56,351 bases of DNA from an uncultured Dehalococcoidia bacterium (GCA_950072105.1 CATMOE010000018.1:1-56351); one strand, 5' to 3'. Positions 46,404 to 56,351 are shown, counted from the first letter of the stretch. The notes: generated by a model not told the origin, from the letters alone. Numbers and translations: made by a program.

Positions 46404-47581
46404 CCGCCCCTAGCCTTTAACCACTTATTCTTCTGCTCCTGTCTCGCCGCTTCGTCGGTGGGACGGTAGGCATCCCAGAACCCCCGCTGAAAGTCATTGA
46501 AGCGGTCGTTAATGATTGCTTCCCTCATCTCCTGCATCAACCGCAGAATGAACCGCAGGTTGTGCATCGTCGCCAAGCGCAGGGCCAGCAACTCCTTGGC
46601 GCGGAACAAGTGCCACAGGTATGCGGCGGAAAAGTTCCGGCAGGCGTAGCAATCGCAATCCTCATCCAAAGGTTCGGCCTGATCGGCGTATTTCCGCTTG
46701 GTTATGTCAACTCGGCCGGTACGGGTGAACAGGGCGCCGTTGCGGGCTACTCGGGTGGGCAGCACGCAGTCGAACATGTCTACCCCCCTTGCCACGCACT
46801 CCACCAGATCTTCCGGAGAACCAACTCCCATCAGGTATCTGGGCTTGTCCTGAGGTAATCGAGCCGCCACTTGGCCGGCGATCTGGTACAACTCGGCCTT
46901 TGACTCGCCCACCGCCAATCCGCCGATGGCGTAGCCGGGAAAGGGGATGCCCGTGATGTGCCGGGCCGATTCATCTCGCAGATCGGCGAATGCGCCACCC
47001 TGAACGATTCCGAAAAGGGCTTGTTCATCTGCGGCGCCCGACGCCTGGTGGGTCCGGTAGCAAACTTCAGCCCACCGGTGAGTTCGGTCCATGGCACGGC
47101 GCACCTCGTCTTTGGAAACCCCGTGGGCGATGCACTGGTCCAGGCACATGATTATGTCGGCGCCCAAACCCCGCTGGTTGGCCACGGCCAGTTCCGGTCC
47201 AAACCGGTGCTCGCTGCCGTCGATGTGCGAACGGAAACGGATGCCATCCTCGTCGACCTTGCGCAACGCGCCCATGCTGAAGGCCTGGTAACCGCCGCTG
47301 TCGGTGAGAATGGGCCGCGACCACCCCATAAAGCGGTGAAGCCCCCCCAGACGGGCTACGGAGTCCACACCGGGCCGCAGGTAGAGATGGTAGGCATTGC
47401 ACAGCACGATCTCGGCCCCCAGCGATTCCACCTCTTCAGGAAGGAGACCTTTCACGGTGGCCTGGGTGGCCACGGACATGAACGCCGGCGTGGACACGTT
47501 GCCGTGGGGGGTTACCAGTTCACCCGCTCTGGCCTCGCCGTCCGTGTGTTGCAACTGGAAAGAAAAACCCAAGGGATACAT
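46400..47581 (-). CDS. tgt: tRNA-guanine(34) transglycosylase
   Basis: NAYHLYLRPG, LTDSGGYQ, GIVQGG, RYLMGVG, DCVLPTR, CDCYAC Zn site. Confidence 0.96.
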   Translation of the reverse strand: MYPLGFSFQLQHTDGEARAGELVTPHGNVSTPAFMSVATQATVKGLLPEEVESLGAEIVLCNAYHLYLRPGVDSVARLGGLHRFMGWSRPILTDSGGYQAFSMGALRKVDEDGIRFRSHIDGSEHRFGPELAVANQRGLGADIIMCLDQCIAHGVSKDEVRRAMDRTHRWAEVCYRTHQASGAADEQALFGIVQGGAFADLRDESARHITGIPFPGYAIGGLAVGESKAELYQIAGQVAARLPQDKPRYLMGVGSPEDLVECVARGVDMFDCVLPTRVARNGALFTRTGRVDITKRKYADQAEPLDEDCDCYACRNFSAAYLWHLFRAKELLALRLATMHNLRFILRLMQEMREAIINDRFNDFQRGFWDAYRPTDEAARQEQKNKWLKARGG

Positions 47582-47784
47582 CTCCTACCGACAACTTACT
47601 CGATGTAGGCCGACGTCCGGCCAACTGGCATATTCCGTGATATTATCAGAAAGCAGTTCGAGGCCGGTCCATGGATCTATCCGGATCGGCGTAACCCAAA
47701 CTGGGTCGATTGATCGATCGCGGCAATATGGTATCGCGGCCCTCACCTCGAACGCAACAATCTACGACCCGGCAGGCGCAGTCC

Positions 47785-47964
47785 ATGTTCGATGCTTTCG
47801 GCGAGTTTTCAGCTTCACTCAGCGGCAGTTATCCCCTGCTGTGGGCATTGTTCGTCATGTCTGTCGTTGCCGTGACCAGCCTGGTTCTATTTTGCTTCTG
47901 GGAAGCGTTCTTTCGATTGCTGCCCGCCATCGGCCCACTGCACCGGGGCCGGAGGGGACAATAA
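47785..47964 (+). CDS. Small single-TM protein preceding TauE
   Basis: YPLLWALFVMSVVAVTSLVLF; stop 2 nt before the TauE start. Confidence 0.5.
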   Translation: MFDAFGEFSASLSGSYPLLWALFVMSVVAVTSLVLFCFWEAFFRLLPAIGPLHRGRRGQ

Positions 47965-47966
47965 GC

Positions 47967-49061
47967 TTGGATCTACTATTCCCCAACGCCGGTGTGGCCG
48001 TATCCCTCCCTCTCTTATTACTTCTAGGCTTGATCCTGGGCACTCTGAGCGGATTTTTTGGCGTGGGGGGCGGGTTCTTAATCACGGGGGGCTTGATAGT
48101 ATTCGGTGTCCCCCCGGTTTTCGCCGTGGGCACTGGCCTTACGCTAATCATGGGCTCATCCATCATTAACACACTGAAGCACCGCCGCATGGGCAACGTA
48201 GACGTTAAGCTGGGGCTCCTGCTGGTATGTGGCACCATACCGGCCCTGTTCTTAGCTCAGTGGATAATCCAGTTACTCTCCGCGGCCGGAATAGTCGAAT
48301 CGGCCATCCGATACATCTACGTGGTGGTTTTGGCAATCCTGGGAATTTTCATCATCTACGATTTCCTGAGGACTCGGCGGCCACAGGCGCATCAAGAGGG
48401 AGAGATCTCCACGGCCGGACTGACCCGGCGCGTTCAGTCGATGCGAATCCCCCCTCATTCCGTCCCGATACCCGGATTCGGGACCGTTCCAACCTACGTG
48501 TCCTTGCCTGTGTCGGGGATAGAGCGCATCTCCGTGTTTATTCCCCTGGCGGCGGGAGTGGCGACCGGTTTATTCGCCGGTCTGTTGGGAGCGGGCGGCG
48601 GGACCATCCTCATGCCCATGCTGATTTATGTAGTGGGAGTACCAACCACGGTAGCCATAGGCACCGACCTGTTCCAGATCGTTATCACCGGTTCAATGGG
48701 TACCTTGATAAAATCGTATTCAAACGAAGTTGACCTGCTGATGGTGGTGATAATGCTGATTTCCGCGTCGGCTGGAGCCCAACTGGGCACTGCGGCAAAC
48801 AGAATGGTGGACCCGGCCCGCATCCGCATCTTGTTCGGCCTAACGGTCCTTAGCGGCAGCATCGCCGTGGGGTTGCAGCAAGCATCGGAGAGTTTCTCGG
48901 ATGCGGACTACCTATCTATCGCGGCCAACGCGTTGCTGCTGGGATTCGGCGGACTGATCTGTTTGGTTATCGCCGGAATGGCTTTAAACGCCCAGATGGG
49001 CCAGCGGAGAAATCAGGAAGCAGAGCAAGAAACAAGTCAGGAAGACAACGCGGACAGCTAA
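47967..49061 (+). CDS. Sulfite exporter TauE/SafE family protein
   Basis: SGFFGVGGGFL and AGLLGAGGG repeats, AVGT/AIGTDL; TTG start after GGAGG. Confidence 0.88.
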   Translation: MDLLFPNAGVAVSLPLLLLLGLILGTLSGFFGVGGGFLITGGLIVFGVPPVFAVGTGLTLIMGSSIINTLKHRRMGNVDVKLGLLLVCGTIPALFLAQWIIQLLSAAGIVESAIRYIYVVVLAILGIFIIYDFLRTRRPQAHQEGEISTAGLTRRVQSMRIPPHSVPIPGFGTVPTYVSLPVSGIERISVFIPLAAGVATGLFAGLLGAGGGTILMPMLIYVVGVPTTVAIGTDLFQIVITGSMGTLIKSYSNEVDLLMVVIMLISASAGAQLGTAANRMVDPARIRILFGLTVLSGSIAVGLQQASESFSDADYLSIAANALLLGFGGLICLVIAGMALNAQMGQRRNQEAEQETSQEDNADS

Positions 49062-50158
49062 CCTATCAATTCCCTGACTGTGGCTTCAACCAAGTCAAGG
49101 GGGACATCCCGGCGCACCACCGCTTTGCCCACCCCCTCCAGCATCACCCAACGGTTGGAACCCGCCTCGACCTTCTTGTCCATGGACATTGCTCGGAATA
49201 TCCCATCGACGTCCACTCCAGCGGCGCTGGTAGGCAGGTTGAACCGGCGCAATAGCGCGTATTGTCGATCCACCAATTCGGACGATATCATTCCCATCTG
49301 CTCGGCCATGCGCGCCGCGCCCATCATCCCCACGGACACTCCCTCGCCGTGGAAAAATCGGCCGTACTCCGTCGACGCCTCCAAGGCGTGGCCGATGGTG
49401 TGGCCGTAGTTCAAGAGAATGCGTATGCCCAAGGTCTCCCGCTCGTCCTGGCTGACCACCTCCGCCTTGATAGCCATGCTGCGCCGAATGACTTGGGTGG
49501 AAATCTCCGGCTCAACGTCCATCAGTGCCTCGGCATGCTGTTCGAAGGTGTCGACTAAGTCGGCGTCCAGGATGAAGCCATGCTTGATCGCCTCAGCCCA
49601 GCCTTCGGCCAGCTCACGTTTACCCAGGGTAGACAGGGCCTGAACGTCGGCAAATACCCCTCTGGGCTGGTAGAAGGCCCCAACTAGATTCTTGGCCTGG
49701 GGCAGATTGACCGCAACTTTTCCGCCGATAGATGCGTCCACCATGGCCGCCATGCTGGTGGGAACCTGAACGAAGGGGACGCCCCGCAGGAAAGTGGCCG
49801 CCACGAAGCCCGCCAGGTCGCCCACAACGCCGCCGCCCACTGCGATGATGGGATGGCCTCTCTCAGCGCGGCGTTCCACTAGCCAGTCGTAGATCAACTG
49901 GACGAGGCTGAAACTCTTGCTAGTCTCCCCGGCTGGGATGATGAAGATATGGGCGGCTATCCCGTGCTTCTGCAATGCCAACTGGGCCTGGCGTCCGTAG
50001 GGATTCATCACGTTGGTGTCAGTGATGATGTAGGCCGGTCCTTTAAGGTCCAAGTCCACGAACCGGCGGCCCAGATCATCAAGAATGCCCCACCCGGCGA
50101 CTACCGGATAGCTGCCACCCGAATGATGAACCACCGCGGCCAGATTCTCATCGGCCAT
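49058..50158 (-). CDS. aroB: 3-dehydroquinate synthase
   Basis: GETSK, GGGVVGDLAGF, PTS..AMVDASIGGK, KNLVGAF, LNYGHTIGHALE; GGAGG RBS before MADENL. Confidence 0.95.
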   Translation of the reverse strand: MADENLAAVVHHSGGSYPVVAGWGILDDLGRRFVDLDLKGPAYIITDTNVMNPYGRQAQLALQKHGIAAHIFIIPAGETSKSFSLVQLIYDWLVERRAERGHPIIAVGGGVVGDLAGFVAATFLRGVPFVQVPTSMAAMVDASIGGKVAVNLPQAKNLVGAFYQPRGVFADVQALSTLGKRELAEGWAEAIKHGFILDADLVDTFEQHAEALMDVEPEISTQVIRRSMAIKAEVVSQDERETLGIRILLNYGHTIGHALEASTEYGRFFHGEGVSVGMMGAARMAEQMGMISSELVDRQYALLRRFNLPTSAAGVDVDGIFRAMSMDKKVEAGSNRWVMLEGVGKAVVRRDVPLDLVEATVRELIG

Positions 50159-50717
50159 TTTCTTTTCCTCCGGTTCCGGCATCCGTTTCGTCCCCTGTTT
50201 CATTTAACACATTCAGTACTTCCTGTGCCACCTGTTCGGAAGTCAGAAGGTCGGTGTCTATCGAGTAGTGGGCCCGGGAGTAGGCTTCGGCCCGCTGCGC
50301 TAAAAGGGCCTCGATGCGTTCCAACGGAGGCGCCCCGGCCAGCAGAGGGCGGGCTGCTGCTCCGCCCGATTCAGCTTGGGTTATACGGCGATGTATCGTC
50401 TCCGGTTTTGCTCTTAGACAGACCACCAGGCCGTTTCTCAGCATCTGCTCTTGGTTGTCAGGGTCCACGAAAGCCCCACCGCCGGCAGCGATCACCTTGC
50501 CGAGACCCGCGGCAAGTTCTTGGATCAGCGCTCGCTCCAAGTCTCTAAACGCGGGTTCCCCATCCTCTTCGAAAATCTCGGGGATCGACCGCCCGGCCCG
50601 ACTCGCCAACTCCACGTCGGCGTCCACCAACTCCCAGCCGATAAGCCGGGACAATATCTCGCCGGTACGGGTCTTCCCCGAAGCCATGAATCCCACCAGA
50701 AATATATTACGTGGCAA
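50148..50717 (-). CDS. aroK: Shikimate kinase
   Basis: NIFLVGFMASGKT, GEPAFRDLE, GGG, RPLL; start uncertain (up to 50831). Confidence 0.92.
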   Translation of the reverse strand: MPRNIFLVGFMASGKTRTGEILSRLIGWELVDADVELASRAGRSIPEIFEEDGEPAFRDLERALIQELAAGLGKVIAAGGGAFVDPDNQEQMLRNGLVVCLRAKPETIHRRITQAESGGAAARPLLAGAPPLERIEALLAQRAEAYSRAHYSIDTDLLTSEQVAQEVLNVLNETGDETDAGTGGKENGR

Positions 50718-50844
50718 ACTCACCGCTGTTCCATCGGCTACCGTCCGATCTGAGACTGTAGCGAGGGCATTCATTCCGGGCCACAACGTACACCTTGCCC
50801 CCAAAGGTGTCAACGCCACATCTGGAAACACCTCTCTAAGGTGA

Positions 50845-51852
50845 CTACGTCAGCTTCACCCGCGCGTGGGGCAACACCGCTGGATTGACTAGAAATTGTG
50901 GCATCTTCCCCTGCAGCACGTCGGCGGTGGCCTGGGCCGTGCGCACCTCCAGCTCCAACACCGACTGCTGGGACAGGAAAGCCACATGAGGGGTGATCAA
51001 GACGTTGTCCAGGGCGAACAAGGGATGACCGGCTGGGGGCGCGGCCTGTTCCATCACGTCCAATCCCGCGCCGCCGATCTGACCGTCGCGTAGGGCGGCG
51101 TACAGGGCATCTTCATCGATGATGGGGCCACGAGCGCAGTTGATGATAAAAGCTGAAGGTTTCATCATCGCGAACTCCCCGGCGCCGATATACCCGAGGG
51201 TCTCTTCGTTCAACGGTGTATGGAGGGTGATGTAATCCGACTCAGCCAGCAGAGTTGGCAGATCTACCATGCGAACATCAGAGGGAGGAGAAATACCGGC
51301 TGGGAGGTAAGGGTCGTGGGCCGAGACTTCTAACCCAAAGGCCTGGGCCTTAACCGCCACCGCCCGGCCGATGCGTCCCAGTCCGGCAATCCCCAGCTTC
51401 CGGCCTCTTAATCGAACTAAAGGCGCCGGGGACGATACACCGCTCCAACGGCCTTCCTTAGCCACACCATTGTAAAAACCGATCTGCCGGTTCCAGGTCA
51501 AGAGTAAGGCCATCACGTGGTCCGATACTTCATCGACACAATAGTCGGGCAGGTAGGTAACCACTATCCCCTCGGTAGTGGCCGTGTCCACGGCGATGTT
51601 GTCCACGCCAACCCCGTAGCGGCTGATCACCTGGCATTTTTTGGCGGCCTGGACCACTTTAGGGGTCACCTGGGCGAAACAGGTCATGATCGCGTCGGCG
51701 TCGGCGGCCAGCGCCATCAGCGTGGCCTCGGACGGGTCCGGGGCCTCAACTATCTCCGCTCCGATGCGATCGAGGACCTCACGCTCGGGCTGGGTGGTCG
51801 GCCAAACGGTATCCGTGACCAGGACCCGGAATTTCTTTTCGTTGCTAGCCAT
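50845..51852 (-). CDS. D-2-hydroxyacid dehydrogenase (CtBP-like)
   Basis: RYGVGVDNI, DYCVDEVSDH, GLGRIG, NCARGPII, TPHVAF. Confidence 0.9.
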   Translation of the reverse strand: MASNEKKFRVLVTDTVWPTTQPEREVLDRIGAEIVEAPDPSEATLMALAADADAIMTCFAQVTPKVVQAAKKCQVISRYGVGVDNIAVDTATTEGIVVTYLPDYCVDEVSDHVMALLLTWNRQIGFYNGVAKEGRWSGVSSPAPLVRLRGRKLGIAGLGRIGRAVAVKAQAFGLEVSAHDPYLPAGISPPSDVRMVDLPTLLAESDYITLHTPLNEETLGYIGAGEFAMMKPSAFIINCARGPIIDEDALYAALRDGQIGGAGLDVMEQAAPPAGHPLFALDNVLITPHVAFLSQQSVLELEVRTAQATADVLQGKMPQFLVNPAVLPHARVKLT

Positions 51853-51873
51853 GTTGCCAGACCGCCGCAGCGG

Positions 51874-52272
51874 TTAAGGACGCGGCGGCGCCGGGGCGTA
51901 ACCGGACGCGGTGCAGAACTCGACGTTGTTGCCGTCGGGGTCGTCGATGAACAGGAAGGCCTGGCCGTCATAACGAACCCCCTCACGCTCGACCTTGTAC
52001 CCGTTCTCCTCAAGGATCTTCTTGGTCCCCTCGAAGTCCTCAACCTCGAACGCGTGATGGATGTTGTGGGGCATCGCCGGGGCGTCGGGGGTCTCGATGA
52101 GATGCACCATTATCCCCGTTTCCAACTGCAGCCAGGTGATGTTGGGGTTCTCTACTTGGCTCTGAATCTGCTTGATGCCGATCAAGTCGTTGTAAAACTT
52201 CATGGCCCGGGCAGTGTCCTTGACCATGGTAGTCACATGATTAATCTTGTTGATCACGATCTTTCCTGGCAT
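51874..52272 (-). CDS. VOC/glyoxalase family protein
   Basis: INHVT..VKD...FY, HHAFEV, DPDGNNVE. Confidence 0.88.
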   Translation of the reverse strand: MPGKIVINKINHVTTMVKDTARAMKFYNDLIGIKQIQSQVENPNITWLQLETGIMVHLIETPDAPAMPHNIHHAFEVEDFEGTKKILEENGYKVEREGVRYDGQAFLFIDDPDGNNVEFCTASGYAPAPPRP

Positions 52273-52374
52273 TCTTTACCTCCTTCCATATGCTGGCTGA
52301 CTGCGATTCTGTGAGCAATCTCGAAGAACTTTTCTCTCCGTTCGGCATGGTTCTACGCTGACCCTGAAATCGGC

Positions 52375-52560
52375 TCATTGCGCCTGAGTGACTGCGCCAC
52401 GAGTGCATCCTTGGCTGAAGTAGGATGAATGAGACTGATGAACAACACCGAGAATGGTTTCACAGTGCGGACAAATCACCATTAGCACTTCCACGCCGTT
52501 AACGCATGCGGACCGTCCGCCGGGTGAGGAAACCGCGTTTTCGCAACGAGGACACTTCAT
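52375..52560 (-). CDS. Small zinc-ribbon protein
   Basis: GGAGG RBS; MKCPRC...ICPHCETILG. Confidence 0.6.
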   Translation of the reverse strand: MKCPRCENAVSSPGGRSACVNGVEVLMVICPHCETILGVVHQSHSSYFSQGCTRGAVTQAQ

Positions 52561-52581
52561 GAGATTACCTCCTATCTGAGA

Positions 52582-53298
52582 TTAGCGAGCCCGGTTGATG
52601 AACATGAATTGATATACCAGACCGGCCCCAGCGCCTCCGAGGAGCGGTCCGACCCAATATATCCAGTGATCAGACCACGCCCCTGACACCAGTGCGGGCC
52701 CAAAGCTCCGGGCTGGGTTCATCGAAGCTCCGGTGATCGGCACCGCAACCAGGTGATCTACCAGAACCGCCAGGCCAATCGCCAGGGGTGCGAGATTGCC
52801 CATGCCCCCAGGATCGACAGCTGTAGCGAAGATGACGAAGACCAGCGCAAAGGTGACAATGATCTCCATCAATAAGCCCATGCTAATAGAAACATCGGGC
52901 CCTAGGGCGTGAGCTCCCAGATTGGTGTCGGCGGCGGCGGGAATGGTTGCCAGAAGAAGCAAAGCGCCGACTACAGCACCGCTGAGTTGTGCTGCGATGA
53001 ACATCAGACCCCTGGCTGCGCTTATCTTATTCGTCATCCAGGCCGCGAATGTGACAGCCGGGTTTATGTGCCCGCCGGAGATATTCGCAGTGGCGTATGC
53101 CAAGATGGCAATAGCCAATCCATGAGCCACGGCAATGATACCCAACCGGGCCGCGTCCAGGTCACCGTTGGGTAGGCCCCCGCTTACAACTACAGAACCG
53201 GCCCCCAGAAAAACAAACAGGAGCGTGACGATAAATTCCGCAAGCGTAGATCGCCACGCTTCCCGAGAGGTGAATTTACGCTTGCTGGTTTCCAGCAT
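52582..53298 (-). CDS. Aquaporin (MIP family)
   Basis: SGGHINPAVT and GASMNPARSFGPA NPA boxes, HWIYWVGP. Confidence 0.95.
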   Translation of the reverse strand: MLETSKRKFTSREAWRSTLAEFIVTLLFVFLGAGSVVVSGGLPNGDLDAARLGIIAVAHGLAIAILAYATANISGGHINPAVTFAAWMTNKISAARGLMFIAAQLSGAVVGALLLLATIPAAADTNLGAHALGPDVSISMGLLMEIIVTFALVFVIFATAVDPGGMGNLAPLAIGLAVLVDHLVAVPITGASMNPARSFGPALVSGAWSDHWIYWVGPLLGGAGAGLVYQFMFINRAR

Positions 53299-53501
53299 CT
53301 CACCTATCCTTGGTTAGCCAGCCCGGCGCAGGGATACCCCTACAGTAATATGTAATGTTCTCCTCGGTCAAGATACACCATGGAATAAATTTCGACGCCG
53401 GATGCTAACTAGCGGCCAGGGATTCCTCAACTTCCCGGCAAGCGGGCATCCTGGGCACCGAGTAATTGGCTACCCAGTTCTCCCTGAACGGAGTTTGACG
53501 T

Positions 53502-54197
53502 TCAGCCCGCCGAGCAGCTATCGACGATGGATTGGAAGATTAGCTTGCCGTCGGTGCCGCCGAGAATGGCTTCGCAGCAACGCTCGGGGTGGGGCATCAA
53601 CCCCAACACGTTTCCAGCCTGGTTGGTGATCCCGGCGATGTTGTTGGCCGAGCCGTTGGGGTTTGCATCGTCGGAAATGGCGCCGGAGGGCTCGCAGTAT
53701 CGAAGCAGCACGCGGCCTTCCTGCTCCAATTCCTCCAGAATCTCAGGCTCGGCAAAGTAGTTGCCGTCGCCGTGGGACACGGGCACCTGGAGGATTTGTC
53801 CTCGTTCACAAGCGTTGGTGAAGGGAGAATCAACGCTCTCGGTTCGCAGATTGGTCCATTGGCACCGGAATTCCAGGTGATGGTTCCGGAGCAACGCACC
53901 GGGCAGCAGTCCGGCCTCGCACAGTATCTGGAAGCCGTTGCAGATGCCGATGACTAGACCGCCCGCCGCCGCGAACCCGTCCAAAGCTTTCATCACCGGC
54001 GAAACCCGGGCCATGGCGCCCGGCCTCAGATAGTCGCCGTAGGAGAAGCCGCCGGGCAGTATCACACAGTCGTAACCCGAGAGATCGTCTTCCTGGTGCC
54101 AAACGTAGCCGGCATCTTGATGGAGGACGTCTTTGACGGCGTGGTAGCAGTCGGTCTCGCTCCAAGTACCGGGGAAAACTAAGATTCCAAACCGCAT
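53502..54197 (-). CDS. purQ: Phosphoribosylformylglycinamidine synthase subunit PurQ
   Basis: VFPGT, PGGFSYGDYLR, GICNGFQ, NPNGS, GLMPHPER. Confidence 0.95.
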   Translation of the reverse strand: MRFGILVFPGTWSETDCYHAVKDVLHQDAGYVWHQEDDLSGYDCVILPGGFSYGDYLRPGAMARVSPVMKALDGFAAAGGLVIGICNGFQILCEAGLLPGALLRNHHLEFRCQWTNLRTESVDSPFTNACERGQILQVPVSHGDGNYFAEPEILEELEQEGRVLLRYCEPSGAISDDANPNGSANNIAGITNQAGNVLGLMPHPERCCEAILGGTDGKLIFQSIVDSCSAG

Positions 54198-54207
54198 AGG
54201 CGGGTTC

Positions 54208-54660
54208 CTAAGCCCCGGACTCAAGCAGTTGGGTGACCAGGTCGTTGACCGCGTTACCGTCGGCTTTGCCTTTTACCTGGGGCATCAACTTTCCCATCAC
54301 CTTGCCCTTGTCCCCGGCGGAGGTCGCGCCAACTTCCTTGATGACATCCGACACCAGTTGGGCCAACTCTTCAGGGCTTAGCTGGGGAGGCAGATAGGGG
54401 ATCAGGATGGCTAGCTCCGCCGACTCTTTGGCCACCAAGTCGTCCCGGCCACCTTGTTCAAACATTCGGATGCTATCCCGGCGGTCGCTGACCTGTCTGG
54501 AGATCGCGTCTAACATACCCTGGTCGTCTAGGGTTTTACCCAGAGGTTTTTCCACATCCTGGACTTTGGCTTTCAAGAAGCGCAAAGCCTCCAAACGAAC
54601 CTTGTCACGGTCCCGCATCGCTTGGATGATGTCCTCTTCCAATTTTTCCCGAATGGTCAT
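54208..54660 (-). CDS. GatB/YqeY domain protein
   Basis: AMRDRDKVRL, GRDDL..KE, YLPPQLS, KGKVMG, KGKADG. Confidence 0.9.
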   Translation of the reverse strand: MTIREKLEEDIIQAMRDRDKVRLEALRFLKAKVQDVEKPLGKTLDDQGMLDAISRQVSDRRDSIRMFEQGGRDDLVAKESAELAILIPYLPPQLSPEELAQLVSDVIKEVGATSAGDKGKVMGKLMPQVKGKADGNAVNDLVTQLLESGA

Positions 54661-54881
54661 GGTTCCGATCCTCACTTGAGAGATAGCCTATCAACCCTAG
54701 TATACATGTGCCCAGGCGTGACGAAAACGTTCTACCCTAAGATGCCATATTTTCGCTCCCCAAAGTCCACGGCCGTGCAACCCTCTCCTTCCCAATACAG
54801 GCGGTTATTTGCTATACTGCCCCTTGGTTTTGGCCCTGCCTAATCTAGGCAGGGTTTGATCGTGTGTATTCAGGGGGAGAG

Positions 54882-56171
54882 ATGCCGGGCTACGCAGTAA
54901 TCGGCGGCCAGTGGGGCGACGAGGGCAAAGGGAAGATTATCGACTACCTTGCCGGAAGGGTTGACGCCGTGGTCAGGTACGGTGGTGGGAGCAACGCCGG
55001 CCACACCGTGGTCAATGACAAAGGCACCTTCCAGCTTCATATGGTCCCCTCGGGCATATGCTGGCCGGGGGTTGCCGGAATAATCGGCAACGGAGTGGTG
55101 GTTGACGCCGACGTACTGCTGGGCGAGCTGAGCGAATTGGATGCCCGGGGTATAGATACCTCCAACCTATTTGTGAGCGAGCGAGCCCACCTCATCATGC
55201 CTTACCATGTGCTCCTGGACGAATTAGAAGAAAAGGCTCGGGGAGACTCGGCGATCGGGACCACCGGCAGGGGTGTCGGTCCAGCCTACGTGGACAAAAC
55301 TGGCCGGATGGGCATCAGGGTCGGCGATCTGTTGGACGTCGAGAGCACCTTACGGCCTCGGTTAGAGCAGGCTCTGGCCTTCAAGAATGCCTTGATAACC
55401 AAGATATACGAGGCGGAAGCCCTGTCTATACAGGACATCCTCGACAAGTGCGCCGATTGGGCCGCCCGTCTGGCCCCTCACATCCAAGCCACCGAGCAAA
55501 CGATCCAGGACCTGCTGGCCCAAGACAAGGCCGTTTTACTGGAAGGCGCCCAAGGTACCCTGTTGGATATCGACCACGGGTCGTATCCCTACGTCACCTC
55601 CTCTTCACCTTCAGTAGGTGGGGCCTGCATCGGCTTGGGCATCCCCCCCCAGGCAATCGCCGGGGTGGTCGGCGTTTTCAAAGCCTACTCCACCAGAGTG
55701 GGTGGCGGACCCATGCCATCGGAGATTTTCGGCGAAACGGCTGAGGGCCTGCGGGAGACGGCCCATGAATACGGCACCACCACCGGCCGTCCGCGCCGGA
55801 TCGGGTGGTTCGACGCAGTAGCCGCCAAGTACAGCAGATTGGTCAACGGGATGACCGGCTTGGTATTGACCCGGCTGGACATCCTGGACGGCTTTCCTTC
55901 GGTCAAAGTGTGCGTGGGATACCAAGTGGACGGCCAAAGAATCGACCGTTTCCCGTCCAACACCAGCCTGCTGGCCCAATGCCAGCCGATATACGAAGAG
56001 CACCCCGGCTGGTCCCAACCGACGGCCAGCGCCACCAGCCTGTCACAACTGCCCGAAAACGCCATGTCGTACGTGAATCGGATCGAAGAACTGGTGGGCT
56101 GCCCGGTGCAGATCATCTCCACCGGTCCCAACCGGGAAGAGACGATAGAAGTCTCTAGGGTTATTCCCTAG
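54882..56171 (+). CDS. purA: Adenylosuccinate synthetase
   Basis: QWGDEGKGK, GGSNAGHT, IGTTGRGVGPAY, EGAQG, EYGTTTGRPRR. Confidence 0.97.
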   Translation: MPGYAVIGGQWGDEGKGKIIDYLAGRVDAVVRYGGGSNAGHTVVNDKGTFQLHMVPSGICWPGVAGIIGNGVVVDADVLLGELSELDARGIDTSNLFVSERAHLIMPYHVLLDELEEKARGDSAIGTTGRGVGPAYVDKTGRMGIRVGDLLDVESTLRPRLEQALAFKNALITKIYEAEALSIQDILDKCADWAARLAPHIQATEQTIQDLLAQDKAVLLEGAQGTLLDIDHGSYPYVTSSSPSVGGACIGLGIPPQAIAGVVGVFKAYSTRVGGGPMPSEIFGETAEGLRETAHEYGTTTGRPRRIGWFDAVAAKYSRLVNGMTGLVLTRLDILDGFPSVKVCVGYQVDGQRIDRFPSNTSLLAQCQPIYEEHPGWSQPTASATSLSQLPENAMSYVNRIEELVGCPVQIISTGPNREETIEVSRVIP

Positions 56172-56351
56172 ACCCCCATTCCTCAAAGTTCGAGCGAATA
56201 GTACGGTTTCAAGTTGATCGTGGTAGATTCGCCAGTTCAAACGATGGGCGATTCGTCTCACTCCTCTCCTTCCGCCGAAGGATCGGAGTCTCATGCCTGG
56301 TTGTAGCGGTCACCTAAGATTTCCCGACTCCGCCAGGGACTCGCGACGAAG

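Noticed and set aside
47397..47966. 190-aa N-terminal extension on TauE in the ORF track
   Set aside because: It overlaps tgt antisense and the small upstream ORF; an RBS and family-like start lie at 47967.
49058..50831. Frameshifted AroK-AroB fusion
   Set aside because: aroB has its own GGAGG RBS and ATG overlapping the aroK stop, which is ordinary translational coupling.
4996..52314. Long alternative-frame/antisense ORFs (e.g. 4996-5757, 11465-12067, 24993-25658, 32871-33578, 46958-47608, 51517-52314)
   Set aside because: These are shadow ORFs of well-supported genes in GC-rich DNA, with no motifs.
54830..54856. Purine-related riboswitch upstream of purA
   Set aside because: Only a simple CCCTGCCTA/TAGGCAGGG hairpin; no purine, ZTP or PRPP aptamer motifs seen.
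1..56351. CRISPR arrays, rRNA, intact transposases or prophage structural genes
   Set aside because: No regularly spaced repeats or recognisable motifs were seen.

Overview
A GC-rich bacterial chromosome segment, most likely from Chloroflexota (Dehalococcoidia/SAR202-like). This is inferred from three luciferase-like monooxygenases, SDRs, a family III CoA-transferase, Dehalococcoidia-style pilins and an ArlH/FlaH homologue. Bases ~1-7730 look like the right end of an island integrated at tRNA-Trp: only the 3' half of the tRNA is present, preceded by a tandem 12-mer. This part carries kinase and serine-recombinase debris and a DinB + 3x DUF1326 + DUF2182 cluster. The rest holds redox/catabolic genes, a type IV pilin cluster, transporters and core genes (nudC, nhaA, thrC-like, tgt, aroKB, purQ, purA). 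The top candidates are: (1) an NhaP/CPA1-type antiporter fused to a rhodanese domain whose Y-C-A-UGA site probably encodes selenocysteine, because the frame reads through to complete the domain and a SECIS-like hairpin follows; (2) a receiver domain fused to an archaellum ArlH/FlaH-type ATPase; (3) the triplicated DUF1326/DUF2182 Cys-rich module. Many genes are broken by single stops or indels, so genome decay and assembly error cannot be told apart from sequence alone. All family assignments are by eye from motifs; no database searches were run.
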